Origin: Octopus vulgaris
Taxonomy: Eukaryota
DNA length: 64,000 nt
Assembly: GCA_951406725.2 (NCBI GenBank)
Contig: OX597816.1
Location: 34,596,001 to 34,660,000 of the forward strand
Direction: 5' to 3'
The notes beneath the pieces are model-generated. The model saw only the letters and a program-made list of their open reading frames with translations, was not told the DNA's origin and did no database searches. How positions within the stretch are numbered: the stretch's first letter is position 1; the number at the start of each line of letters is the position of its first letter. The translations under genes and the position numbers were made by a program. Of this stretch, positions 13,409 through 27,242 are shown piece after piece.

Positions 13409-15178
13409 ATGTATATATATTTATTTATTTATCTGTATGGGTGTGGGTGTGAATATATTGGTGTATATATCGAGTATTGTACGTATGTATATGTATGTGT
13501 GAGTGGGTATATGTATATGTTTGTGGGTGTGTGTTATATGTGTGTGTATTTGTGTGTGAATGTATAGATTAGGGGGATTGCTATATAGGTTTGTTATTGT
13601 GTATGGTAAAGGGAGGTTTTATCATTATATATGTATGTATGGGTTTCGTTTATCATGATTGTTTTATTAAATAATTTTGTAGTAAATTCAGTATATTTAC
13701 GTTGATTAACTTATTATTTCATTCTATTCCATTCATAATCTTTAAAATAACGTTCGTTCATCACGCGCAAAGAATTTATTAAAAATATATTCTATTTCTA
13801 TGGTAACGTAATTTTGTAAACGCTGTAACAGTTAGACTGTTAAATTCACTTCATAACTTAAAATTGAATAGAAGGTATGTATTTTTTTCTCCTTATGTTA
13901 ATCTTGTTGTTTATGTAGTGTTCTATTTATCGTACTTTTCTTTGTTATTAATTATTAAATAATTTAGACATACTTTGATAAATAGATAGGTTCGTTTTTA
14001 AATGGCTTATGTTTAATAATAGAATAATTCTATATAAGTTATTATTCACATTCATAAATTTGTTTTAGATTGGTGTTGGGGTTTTTAATAGTATATTGCT
14101 GAGTAGGGAATGTTACTGTATGTATGTGGCTGAGTGTGTGTATCTGCTGAATTTGTTACTCCTCTGTGTTGGAGTGGCGGTAGGAGTGCGGTTGTATGTG
14201 AGTGATTGTGTGTGAGTGTGTGTGGGTGTGCATTGTTTATGTGTAGAAATGTTGTTTTCTTTTGAGTGTTTATGTATGTGTGAATGTGTGTGTGTGTGTG
14301 TTTGTTTGCGTATTTGTGTATGTTTGTTGCATGCATGTGGTATTTGGAATATGTGTGTCTGTGTGTTTGTTTTAAGTATTTATGTATGGTTGTTGTATAT
14401 ATGTGGTATATGATATTTGGTAGTTTCTTGATAAGAATAAAATGTTCATGTTGTTGTGGTTGAGTATATGCGGCTGCTGGATGTGTGGTTGTCATGCAGA
14501 GAGAGTGTGTTTATGAATGAGGGTTGTATGTGTGTGTGTGGGGGAGTATGAATAAGTAATGTGTAGAAGTATTTGGCTACTTTATTAATTTATCGTTGCC
14601 TAGATGTTTATGTGTATGTATAGATATATATATATGGGTGTGTGAGTTAGTGTATGTATTTAGATATGTTTATATATACTTAGATATATGTGTATGAGCA
14701 TGTGTGTATATATATTTTATTTTCATTTTTTGTTTTTTGTTTTTTGAAATTAGATTCTTCATCTTTAAATATGAGAACTTTAATACTAGGTTTCTTTATA
14801 TTCAATTGTTTATAGAGGTTATTTTAGTTCTTGATTATATATAGATTATATATATATATATTTTCATTGATAAATTTATATTATTTATAGTTTTAGTCAT
14901 TTTAAATTTATATCTTAAAATATTGATTATTTTTAGATCTGAAATCCACCTGATGAATGTCCTTTGAAGAGACACGAAACAATTGTAGTGGCGAATTTAA
15001 TTTTATTTAATTTATATTAAATTTTTTTATGTATTGGATTAAGTCTTTCTTTGTTTGATTTGCAAAATAGTGGTTTTGTCTCTAATTAATATTATATAAT
15101 ATTTTACTATAAAATTGGATTCAATCCTAAATCTGATTTTTCCCTGTAAATTTGGATTTATTCCCTAATATTTATTAT

Positions 15179-15180
<2 letters not shown>
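12986..15180 (+). mobile_element. Non-autonomous Penelope-like element, GT-rich, ending in a hammerhead-bearing repeat and (TA)n
   Basis: Flanked by (TA)n, with strong T/G skew. It has an internal direct repeat gttttattaaa.aatttt.tagtaaattcagt at ~12988 and ~13661, and the hammerhead at 14946. Confidence 0.55.
14946..14991 (+). ncRNA. Minimal type I hammerhead ribozyme (Penelope-like terminal repeat)
   Basis: CCAC-CUGAUGA-a-UGUC[cuuugaaga]GACA-c-GAAA-C-aauu-G-U-A-GUGG. Stem I is CCAC/GUGG, stem III is the palindrome ACAAUUGU, and predicted cleavage is after A14987. The 10.1-11.1 pair is A:C instead of G:C. Confidence 0.8.
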
Positions 15181-15217
<37 letters not shown>

Positions 15218-15267
15218 TATATATACACACACATATATACGTATACATACAGACATACCATATGCGT

Positions 15268-15343
<76 letters not shown>

Positions 15344-18300
15344 TAACCATATATACATCTACAAGATTTGTTATATTATATACTTTTATATAAATGGAAA
15401 TGATAGAAGACAGATCGTATGTCTATCCCTGGGTAAAAAAACATGAACTCTGAAATGTTTATTCTCCACGGATAAAATAAGCCTATGCTATTAGCATGTT
15501 TCTGATTTTTGTACTCAAGTATATGATTATGCAAATGCATTGCTTACATTCCAAATTATGAACAACTATTGTGCAATTGCCCATGCATTAATCAATAGAC
15601 AGCGCACGCACCTACACACATACAGAACATCATGTTCTTACATACATGCATGTAAACCTGCATATTCATACTTCACTTTTCTTATTGCAAATATTAATCT
15701 TCATCATCTTGTGAAAACCCTCTTCAAAATTTTATTAATTGAGTAACAATCTTAACGCAGCAGAACATGCAACCATGCTCTTTTCCAAAACGGCCAACAA
15801 CTTAGGTCCTGATTAAACCCAATCAATTGTTTCGAGGTAGGGCTTAGAAGCACTGCTTCTACACCGTGCTTTCTCTTTTTGTTAAAACACACTTTTCTTC
15901 GTGAGGACATAGCTTAAATTGATTCACATAAATTAAGGTAACTTTAAGTATGTTATACAAAAGTGAGTTTCGAGAATTAGAAATTCAGTTTCAGGAATGT
16001 CATGCCTTCAATACCTATGCAAGATTTGAGAGAATCTAAACAAAATTGCGCTGTAGTAGTTACCAATTTTCTCTACTGAAATTGTAAGAATTTGGGAAAA
16101 ATGATATTGTTCTGTTGTATTCTCTAAAGATGACACATCCCATGGTCATACTCATATTAATATGAGGTTGTTTAAGAACTCAGAATCAGTTTCCACATTC
16201 CTTTAAAATAGAAAATGGAACATATTTAGTCGGGAAAGAACGTTAATAGCTCATCTAAAGTTAAATTCGTTACCGTAGTGTTATCAGGTCTACAAATGTA
16301 CAGTGTATAAATATGTGTTCGCCGTAGAATACAGATAATCTTAAGCGCCAAGCTTACCTCACTGTTGAACTTCTATAATGAAAATATGTCCCTTTAAAAT
16401 TACATTCATACGTAGAATTTTGCAAATTCTCTATCGTGTACCAATAAATAATTTCCAACACTTTTAACCATCATAGATTTAAAAGCCTAGCATATTAAAT
16501 TGTTGTATCCTCTTTCGTGGTTTCGACAGCTGGGTAAATTATATACATCTCAAAAGAATGCAAAACATCTACTGTAAGTAGCGACTTTTTTCACCAATTT
16601 ATTTACCACCTAGCTGTTTATTTCTCCCTTGTATTCCATTTATTGCATTGCTTCATCTACCTTGCTTATTTACGTTTGTTTTACATTCATCTTTATCTGA
16701 CTAAACTCATTCTCGCCTCCAAATAGTCACTATATAAAGACAAATGCTTAGTATTTTCACAGTTTCACAGTTTATCGTCTATCCATGAGAAGTTTTCTTG
16801 TATATATCAGCGTATGCCCTTCTGCATGAGTTAAACTAAATGAAAGAACACATAGATTTATCTACTTAGCTACTGAATTATGGAGAAAGCCATGTAGATT
16901 TACATTTTGTTTTCTCCTTTTTGTGTTGGAAAACCAAGAATAAGCCGTAATTGTTTCTTTCCCGTTTCACATTAAATCAATTACATTAGAAACCACAAAA
17001 ATATCATTTTCTATGATATTTGCTTTTATTTTAATCTCAAATCTGAAATATATTTATATACTTGTGTGACTCTTCTGTTGAATTTTCATCAAATATTCGT
17101 CTATTAATCAAACTGTTTTCTACCAATTATGTTTAATTAAATCATACATTTTATTTATTGTTAATTCTAGATGTTAATAATAAATTCCGCGCATCGTTAC
17201 ACATTTTAAATAGCAGATACTGCTCTAGTTTCAAGAGAAGCACTTTCCTGCTTCAAGAGAATACAGATGCAATTTGAATTCTCTTTTAGTAACATTGTAA
17301 GTAAATTGATTTACAGACTATAACTCCAATTTTGGAATGCTGTACTTTTGGATTTTCGTTTAAGTATCACGAAATATATAATTTGCTGAATTTCTCGAAT
17401 TCAACGACATTGTATACAAAATATAGGACACCATGGCTTCGGATAAAAGTGAGGAGGCTCGTCATGGGGTTTATGAGATGTAAACTTGATTTGAAAGAAA
17501 CAATAAGTAAAGAAGATATAATAAAAACAGGAGTTCACATCAATATATGCCATAGACATGAGTTATGATTTAGTATCAGATTGCACTACAATATAATATG
17601 CTAAATGTAATTGAAGGTCATATAATGTGTGGGAATCATGTTAAAGCCAGCGCCGGCTATTTTAGTAAAATTATACATTGCGAACTAAATCTAAAAGTAC
17701 AGTATGCTAGTAAGGAGCAAAAATAATATATTTAAGAGTAGTATATAAAAATATCGACTTTTGCACCATTAAAAACGCACAGAGTGTGTATCAGTATTAA
17801 AGTTATGTAAATGCAACTATAAATCATATTGTGTTATATTATCCTACATAATTTCAAAACGCCTATAATCAGCAGTAAAACGTTGTGAATTCTCATATTT
17901 AGTATCTTCTGGATATGAAAGCAATACTTTTATATGAACAATTAATTATATATTTGCATTCACGTTACATGAGAGAAAACAGAAACTCTAATTGCTCTGG
18001 TCAAAGATTACATTTTTTGCAAAATAAATTCGTGTCCAGTAAATAAAATACAAGAGTGGACAAGGTTATTTTTAGCGTGCTCAGCAAATCCCTACCATCA
18101 GCAAATCTCTTCTTTCCGTACCTACGTCGTTTACCACAGGTAAGTCGAGTTCCAATTTAACTTCGTACAAGTGCCGATGCGGGCGTGCTGAAAATTTTAA
18201 AATTTTGAACAAATACGCAAAATAGTTATCGGTCTAGGAAAGATTCATAGTACAACGATGAAAATTGCTGGAACAAATTTCGTAAGAAATTTCTCCCGGT

Positions 18301-19935
18301 GCTCTAACGGTTCCACAGTCCTTCCGCCGCCTCCATATCATCGATTCTAACCGTCATACCGTAGGGTTATTTCATCGAATCTGGATTGATAAAATGCAAA
18401 GTCAACGCAACTAAATATCATAAATCAATTATTCGACGCTGTAACAACCTTTTTGGGCATCTCTATAGAAAATTATTGTTTTATTTACTATCAGTTTACT
18501 GTTTTGCACAGTGTGATTTCCTCTCATTAATTATAGTAAATAAATGGAATAATTAGAGGCATCTCTCGTGGTGGAAAACAAATTCTGATAATTTGAATTT
18601 TTGATGCGTCAGTTGCTTTTAATTTTCAAATATTTACATGTAGATTACTCTTACTCATACCTCCAATTAACTTTTAGCGTGGTATATGTAGAATTATTCC
18701 GAACATGAAGGAAGTAGTAAAAACATTTATTACAGTCATGTTTACATAACTTTTAAACATATAGCTTAGATTAGATGTGATTAAATGCGATTTGTCCTGA
18801 AGTATAAACTGCATACCAGTGAGTTTGTTCTATATTTTCAGGTCGTCTCTGACTCGATTCACCTATGACTTATGACATTTCAAATTCTCGTCTGTCTTCA
18901 TAATATAGTATCTAGAATTACATTATTATATTACCTTTCCTGTATCTTAATGATGTTATGATGAGAGATTCAACGATATGTTTAGGAGGCCGAGCAGCTG
19001 CGCTGACGAATTTATTTAATTATCAGAAACATTGACAATATTTACGATGATGTAGGAGACATACCAGAAGGGCAGTTTATGTTTAACAGTATAGTTCAAG
19101 TAGATTCTACGTCATAAGAAAAATATTGCTGGAAAGCTGTTGTGAATACACTTCAGCGGAATTTGAATGCAGAACATAGATCGCCACATGAAATGCATTT
19201 CAGCATTTTGTTTCCCGCACGGTAAACATTAATCAAGCTGGTCGCATTTCAATATCCATCAAAGTCTTGACATACATCTAAGTGAATTGGAAGTAAAGGA
19301 TCATATTCAGTAGACCATCATACTCTCTGCTGTCGGAAATGTTATCGTATAATTTTGTCAATACCATGGGTATAAAATAAAAAGAAAACAACAAAAAAAA
19401 CATTTATGTCATGTATCGTCACTAAACAATCAATTATATGTATTTATACAGATGTGAGTTGTTGGCTAAAATGTTTTACTTGTTTCCCTTCTTCATTATT
19501 TTAATAATCTAAAATGTTCTAAATTATAAATATTTCACCACACTTCATCGCGTACTTTCGTATATTAAGTCAACTGGAATAAAAAATATGTAAATATAAA
19601 AGTATTTCTACTATTAGTTACGTAACCTATTTAATCGTTTCATATACGAAGAAATTTCAAATGGCTTGAAACCGCTGCAGTAGTACAGTAAATGACGGTA
19701 AGGAAATTCTTTTATTTTAGATATACTAATTTGTATATGCACTCTACTCACGTCAGAGTATGGAAATATTGCATCTGTTACAATGGTGCTCAATATTCAG
19801 TTGCAAATTCACTAGAATGTGGCAAATCAATTTTATTATCCATAACTTTCTCACATAAGTTCATGCTGTCTTTCAATTTGAATATATTCTCAAAAACTAA
19901 TTAACTGAGGCTACCTTGCGTCTGAAAGCAATATA

Positions 19936-20148
19936 CTACGAAATTATTGAACCACTCAAAACATATATTGATAATCCATTTTTAATTAATATTCTACTCT
20001 GACTCTTAGCTTTCAACCTAGCTTCAATATTGCCTATAAATGCAATCGAGAAAGATTCAATTTTGTTAAAACATTCATCTATTCCAAATACCAGGCTAGA
20101 TGAATGGAGAGTATTAAATTTCATATTTTCTGTCATGTAGAACGGCAT
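19936..20148 (-). pseudogene. Exon remnant, RNF213-like first AAA module region
   Basis: ORF-track peptide VFGIDECF..FSIAFIGNIEA..RILIKNGLSIYVL resembles RNF213 G(I/V)..LF.LL.L..L.D..G..W.....LY.VE. The next remnant (~19750-19905) is bounded by ctttcag / ac|gtgagt. Confidence 0.4.
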
Positions 20149-20182
20149 AGTGTTCGTTATGAAGTTTAAAATATTTATTATA

Positions 20183-20251
20183 TTACAGTGTAAATTAAAG
20201 CCGTTATCTTACAGTGTAAATTAAAGCCGTTATCTTACAGCGTAAATTAAA
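20183..20251. repeat. 26-bp tandem repeat x2.6
   Basis: ttacagtgtaaattaaagccgttatc at 20183 and 20209, with a partial copy at 20235. Confidence 0.9.
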
Positions 20252-21142
20252 CCAGAGATAAAAGAAAGAAAACTTCCTGTTTTCAACTTTAGAGTTCTTA
20301 AAATAAAACTATGAGCATCGAAACACAAATATGAATTTCATTGACACGATCTATGGTCGTCTACAATTTGCCACTTGTGTGACGTAAAAGAAGTACATTA
20401 GTACTTAAATTTGAATCTAATTTTGCAAGGGATATATTTTCCCTCTCTGATTAAAACATTTCCGTCCATTTGTAGAAATACCATATTCTCATATTATTGT
20501 ATAGCTCAACGTATGAAAGACAGTATCTGTCTCATATACCTATCCTTCGTAGAAGATAAACATGTAGACACACACATACATATAAATATATGTTTACATA
20601 AGTGTTTATAGATATACATATATTTGTGTGTGTTGTTGTTGTTGTTGTTGTGTGTGTATGTGTGTGTGTGTGTGTTTCTGCGATTTTGAGCTCTTAGGGT
20701 TCGGTCAAAGCAAAGCCTTCGGGAGCAACAATGTAACTTTAAGCTTTATGAATTTCACGCAACGCCGGTTATTTTGACCGAATTTTAAAAAATAATCAGA
20801 GAGAATCCGTTACTACATTTGTCAATTCTAATAATATTAATAAAAATTCTTTCAACTATACGCACGAGCACTGAGAATTGGGCACTTATTTTATCGACCA
20901 CAAAATAAGGGAAGGTAATTATTTCAACATTTGCCACATAGATAGCAATTTCAAGGTTCATGATAAGTCGATTTCATCCACACCTTTGCTAAAATGTTTT
21001 TATTTTATCGGCTCCGAAATGATGAAAGACAAAGTTGATGACGGTGGAATTTGAACACAGAATGTAATGGCGGGAACAATGACGTTATCCAATTTGTCCA
21101 CCGTGCTAACTTTTCTGTCAGCTCGCCACATTACTAATAATA

Positions 21143-21183
<41 letters not shown>

Positions 21184-21196
21184 CATAATAAATATA

Positions 21197-21743
21197 ATGC
21201 AGTACCAGACATTGGCTGTCATGGCTCCTGATCTTAACTGATTGGAAGTGTTATCATGTACATTGTTTTGTCTAGGTATAAAAGATGGGCTACAGCAAAT
21301 ATTCTGATCAGTCCCACAGATTTGCTTGTCAGTTGTTTGACCGTAACCAGTTGAACATGTCCTTTAGTGGCTGACAATATGTGCATCTCTGATCACGAGA
21401 AGAAGTAGTGGGGGAGCATCATAGCCGTGTGTTGAAAGAAGTTCTTGGAGGTTTGGATAATTCACCTTTGGAACATGGGTAGTTTGTTCAACATTCTTAA
21501 ATAATCCTTATTCAGGGACCTTTTGAGCGGAATGGGCTACTCGACCAGAAGAAAATTCTAACTGGGCCCCACCTGCAAGGTCATGCACCGTTCATCTTGA
21601 TATGGGATCACCATGTCGCGCACATGGGATTGTGATGCATGTACCTGGTGTAACCTTATCAGACGGGTAGTCATGATGGGTATACTGGGCTTCATATATT
21701 TTACCCCAAAGTCACTTTGAGTGCATGCAATGCTCTCTAACTC

Positions 21744-21745
<2 letters not shown>
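21197..21745 (+). mobile_element. (TAA)n-anchored retroelement 3' region (LINE UTR or non-autonomous element)
   Basis: Flanked by (AAT)n on both sides. Its last ~210 bp recur inverted at 25645-25853. Confidence 0.65.
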
Positions 21746-21808
<63 letters not shown>

Positions 21809-21845
21809 CAACAACAACAATAATAATAATAACAGCAACAACAAC

Positions 21846-21965
<120 letters not shown>

Positions 21966-22185
21966 AATAATAATCTTTTTTACTATAGGCACAAGACCTG
22001 AAATCTGGCGGAAGGATATAGTCGATGTAATCCACTCCAATATTCAACTCATACTTATTTCATCGATCCTGAATTGATAAAAGGCAACGTCGAACTTGGC
22101 TGAATTCGAAATCAGAATGCGAAGATGGACAAAATACCGCTGGGATTTTTCCGTATGGTGCTCGCGACTCTTCCACATGTTGCCT

Positions 22186-22259
<74 letters not shown>

Positions 22260-22260
<1 letters not shown>

Positions 22261-22501
22261 GTTAGTGCTCATGGGAACTGCTCATATCCTATGCAAAATA
22301 CTTTCTATGTAATTTCGAGTTTTAAAACTAAAATTTCGCTTTTTTTTTGACATTCACTAGTACAGCACTAAATACCAAACCAAATATATGGTACACTAGG
22401 CATAACAACATCACGAACTTCCGACCTATTGTCTCTTGATGTTTCTGGGTGAGACTTGCAGCCAACTCGTACAAATATAAAGCAAAAGTCAAACATAGAA
22501 A

Positions 22502-22503
<2 letters not shown>
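22260..22503 (+). mobile_element. Extreme 3' end of a third R4/Dong-type LINE in (TAA)n
   Basis: LVLMGTAHILCKILSM* (22262-22312), then a 3' UTR and (AAT)n. Confidence 0.75.
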
Positions 22504-22586
<83 letters not shown>

Positions 22587-22639
22587 TTTTATTATGTAAC
22601 AATTGCGTGAAGTGCAATATAATTGATGTCCACAACTCC

Positions 22640-24950
22640 CGGATAAACCACCCAGAGTGTTAAAATATATATTAAATGTGGGCAATATTTGTATATGAAT
22701 GTTATAGTTTCGGCTTTCATTACTTCGAAATAATTAATATTATTACGTTGCTATTTTTACCGCATAATTATCCCTATAAATAATGTCTAACCGCTCATAT
22801 ATCTCCGCTGCTAAATTTATTCCCAAGGCAGTGTTGAGCCGATAATGAGTGGGCGGCTAGCTGGTAGAATCATTAGCACGTCGGGCGAAATGCTTAGCGG
22901 TAGTTCGTCTGCCTTTACGTTCTATGTTCAAATTCCGTCGAGGTCGACTATGACTTTCATCCTTTCAGGGTCGATTAGATAATTACCAGTTACGCACTTG
23001 GATCGTTATAATCGACTTAATCTGTTTGTCTGTCCTTATTTGTTCTCTCCGTGTTTAGCCCCTTCTGGGTAGTAAGGAAATAGCAATAGGTAGTTCGTCT
23101 GCCGTTACGTTCTTAGTTCAAATTCTTCCGAGGTCGGCTATGCTTTTTATCCTTTCAGGGTCGATAAATTAAGTATCAGTTGCGTACTGGAGTCGATCTC
23201 ATCGAATGGCCCCCTCCCAAATAATCTCGGACATTGTGCCTAGAGTAGGAAATTCAATGTGCTCAATGCTGGATGATATGCAAACCTTATGGGTAATAAT
23301 GAACATTGCTTTAAAAACATATAGTATAAAAAAGATATTGAATTTCACTTAGGCAATTCCCGATATAAACTGCTGTAAATGAAATATTCCCATAGTGGTC
23401 GAGGATTACTAATGTATTATTAGAGTGACCTGAATCTCATATGAATTCCACGATTTGTTCCTCACGAAACAAAATGTATATTGAAAAATAATTACTTTAC
23501 AATAAAAATATAAAATAAAGCAGTCGGGTACGATTTTGGTTAAAAAGCAATTATTTGTATATCTAACTTCTGCCAAGTGAAAAAATAGTTGAAAAATAAG
23601 ACGTTATGATTAATACTACATAAGAGGAAAGGTTAGAGAGATGAGTAATTTTTCTTATCTCATAAGTAAACAAAGACAAAACAAATTCTCTTATTTATTC
23701 AATAATTCCCCCTTGTACTGTAATAAACGAGAAAGCAACGGAAGATGAATATCGCATCAATCGAACGTCCTATTCCTAGTATATTATATCGTTTTATTTA
23801 TTCGATTTCCCTTACTTCTTCATAACAAGGAAAATTATTAAGCGATTGTGATTGATGGTTAAATAACAATAGCTTGTTTTCTTTACTTCAGTGATGAAAG
23901 AAATGGGAATGGACTGTAACGCAATACAGAAATATATTTTAAAAAAAACACGGAAGATGAGTTTAGCTGATAATACGTTTTCTAAAAATCGGCGTCAATC
24001 TTCAAAATATATTTTTTTACATAGCAGAAACTTGGTGAAAATAGCGTGATTATGGACAATTTTTGTCAGTTGTTGTATGTGGGAACGTTTCTAATTCCAT
24101 GTTTAGTGAAAGTACATGGCGATCAAATGACAAATAGGAATTAGAATGAATGATACTTAGAAACTCGTCAGATCAATACAGGTAAGGAACACAATAATAA
24201 GTAATTTAGTAACTTACTTTGTAGTGTTTTTGTTCATATTGTATATTGTGATCAGCTTTCTATTTCTATTATCATATACTTATAATGTTTTTTTTTATTC
24301 TTTAAAGCTAAGTTAACTTGATTAAAGTAACGTTAAGCTAAAGTTTTATAGGTTCACAAGTCTGTCTGTTTATTCTACTGATGTGGTTATTAATGCAAGT
24401 AGTCTTATTAAATTCGTACTATAATGTTATGAGATCAGTCGAACATAACCACATAGTTTAAGGGTCTCATTGTAATATTCTGCATTGTTTTGGAACCCAC
24501 TAGATATCTTCGTAACGATGCTGTTCCTAAGCGAATGTGGCTGGTTAGCGAATCTGACATCTTGAAGATTTTCGTTAGGTTTATGCTAGTTAAATCTAGA
24601 CAACTAACCGTATTAATTCTTTTTTCGAACGAGATACAAAAAATAAAGTTTTAGATAAACTTGTGTAAAGTATACCTTACTCTTTCAAAGCCAAGTTGCT
24701 ATGCGTACTGCTTCACAAAAGTTAAGTAGGGCATTATCGCGGTACAAACTCTAGCAGTATTTGGGAAGAATTTGTGGAGTTCGTGTAAAATGTTCAGAGT
24801 CACAAGATAATACATCAGTAAAGTCTGATTAATCGATAGTAACATCAAACTCTCATAATGTTGGACAGGGAGGCACAATGGTGTGCCCTGGAAACGTTTC
24901 AGATTACACATGAACCTCCCACTGGGCATTCGTGAGAAATTTCCACGGCT
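22640..24950 (+). pseudogene. Inverted block of RNF213-like exon remnants
   Basis: Plus-strand peptides in RNF213 order: ILNVGNI (~22670), MCSMLDDMQTLW..ILNFT* (23254-23352; cf. CRQMEHFLDSW..YLNFYT), an exon at 23892-24181 with ttacttcag / cag|gtaagg, and PTRYLRNDAVPKRMWLVSESDILKIFVRFML (24490-24654; cf. GQPNLVVCGHSEVL..YM). Confidence 0.45.
22853..23250 (+). mobile_element. Same SINE family, two-unit copy
   Basis: Head ggcggctagctggtagaatcattagcacg, with two ttcaaatt..gaggtcg..tcctttcagggtcgat units. Confidence 0.85.
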
Positions 24951-25543
24951 GATGACTGATTCCACCAGAACCCGTACTCACGCGGAGCATCTCTTCATAC
25001 GCCAAACATATACTATGATATGGATAAGGGGATCTATCTATTGGCTTCAAATTTTGGCACAATGCCAGCAATTTCGGTGGAGGGTTAACGTCGATTACAC
25101 TGTCCCCATAAATGGCAATGCCAACCTCGGCAGCATTTGAACTCAAAACGTAAAGATTGAAGAAATGCCGATAAGAATTGAGATTGTGTGCTAAAAACTT
25201 TGCCAGCTCGCTGCCGTTGCGTGGAGGATCCATATATTACCATCAACACTCATTGCACTACAACATGGAAGTAATTTCAAATCCGGGACGTGTACCTTAA
25301 ATGGAAATTGCGTGCGAGTTAACGCGTTGTATGAGTCTGTTGAAAGTACTTACACGGAAGCCACCACTAAAGAGGAGAAGTCCAAATCTATTTGCCACTA
25401 CCAATACTAACAGCAGCGATGTCTACTCAAACCACCTTCAACCACAGCAAACATACCCGCTTCCACAATTGTGATACATTTATTTATATAAATATTTGTT
25501 ATTTTCATTATTATTATTTTTATTATTTCTATCATCATTATCC

Positions 25544-25577
<34 letters not shown>

Positions 25578-25580
25578 TAA

Positions 25581-25643
<63 letters not shown>

Positions 25644-25644
25644 G

Positions 25645-25853
25645 ATTGAGTCAGAGAACAGTGCGTGCCATCAAAGTGACACGAGTAATACGAAGCCCAG
25701 TATACCTATCATGACTACCCGTCTGATAAGTGTACACCAAGCACATGCATCACAACCATATGTGCGCGACATGGTGATCTCAAATCAAGATAAACAGCGT
25801 ATGACATTGCAGGTGGGGCCCAGTTAGAATGTTTCTTCTGGTCGAGTAGCCCA
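25645..25853 (-). mobile_element. Truncated inverted copy of the 21197-21745 element
   Basis: Contains cccagtatacc.atcatgactacccgtctgataag and gcaggtggggcccagttagaat..tcttctggtcgagtagccca. Confidence 0.8.
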
Positions 25854-25856
25854 AAA

Positions 25857-25892
<36 letters not shown>

Positions 25893-25896
<4 letters not shown>

Positions 25897-27060
25897 TTGT
25901 CTTATTTCTATCATGTACTGTCACTGCACTACCAAGTGCATCACTGCGGTGTGCCTTGGGTGTAGTGTATTTTGCTGTGGGTCTCCTATTTGCATTGTAC
26001 GGAAAGTGTTTTAACGTAGGATGTGTGAGGCGTCTAGTAGTGCTATTTTCTGTATGCAATAAATACCTGTAAGTCCTGATATTTCTGTTATCTACTTTTA
26101 GATGTGTTTTTATCATACCTAATACGCCTTCCAAAATAGGAATTGCTTCTTTTTTTTCGGCTCCACATTCAAGTTACCTCTATTTCAAGACCTTTATATT
26201 TTGAATGTTTATCCGTTTCTTTTAGAGGAAAAGTGTCATTTGTCGGTATTGATACATCGATTAGAAAGCTTTTTGTTTTTCTTGGTGATCGCTAAAATCT
26301 ATATGTGGCCTATTGACCTTCATGTCTCTATATGTGTGTATTGGCATCTCCAGAGTATGGTTGCTTCCTCATGTTCTGGGGTGTGCCTATACCATCTTTT
26401 TTGTTGTTATCCCATGAAGTTGGCATAGTTTTCAGTGTAATACAGGTCCCAACTCCGTCGTGTCTGTGAGGATATTCCTCTTTAGCCAAGACTGGGCAAA
26501 CAGAAACAATATGATTTTTGCATTTTCTCCATCACCACATATTCTTCAGTTAGTTTCCGGCGGGAAGGCTTTGAACATTTGATGCAATTAAAAAATCCTT
26601 CAGCCTCTGCTTTGAGTCTGAGTTTTTATTTCTCTGCTTCTTTTCTATTTAGCTTTGCCTCAATATTTGCCATGCAGGGGGACTTTTCTTGCCATCATTT
26701 TATCATGATACGTTGTTGTTCCAGTTTTAGCTTGAATTTTAGTTGTTTTTCAGCTTCTGTTGTTTCTTCTATTTCTACACAGTTGTTAGGTACAACGACT
26801 TCATTTTCCTTTTGTATTTGTCAGCTTCCATAAAGATTCAAAATAACTATTTTCGTTTTCGTGTTTTGTGGCTATTTGTATTTGTTTTCCTTGCTTCTGA
26901 AGTAGGTTTTTTTGCAGTCCTATTGTGTTAATTCTGTAATAGTTTTGTATTTGTATTAGGCCTTTACCAACATCGATGCCTTGTACGTATAACTTTTCTG
27001 TCATATTATTCGTGGTCCATCCTAAATACTGTCATTATGTTTCTTGTTTTCCTGTCAGCC
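25893..27060 (-). mobile_element. R4/Dong-type (restriction-like endonuclease) LINE, 5'-truncated and decayed
   Basis: Peptides: EKLYVQGIDVGKGLIQIQ, WQEK..LHGKY, RICGDG..NHIVSVCPVLAKEEYPHRHD (CCHC + RHD) and NRPHI..FLIDVSIP..KHSKYKGL. Ends in a (TAA)n tail. Confidence 0.85.
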
Positions 27061-27085
27061 CATCATCATCATCATCATCATCATC

Positions 27086-27152
<67 letters not shown>

Positions 27153-27170
27153 TCATCATTTTTTATTATA

Positions 27171-27238
<68 letters not shown>

Positions 27239-27242
27239 TAAT

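Noticed and set aside
19002-19040. CUGACGA...GAAAC as a hammerhead
   Set aside because: Neither stem I nor stem II can pair.
24699-24965. Minus-strand 88-aa ORF as part of the RNF213-like gene
   Set aside because: The plus-strand frame at 24490-24654 fits the expected motif better and is collinear with the neighbouring plus-strand fragments.
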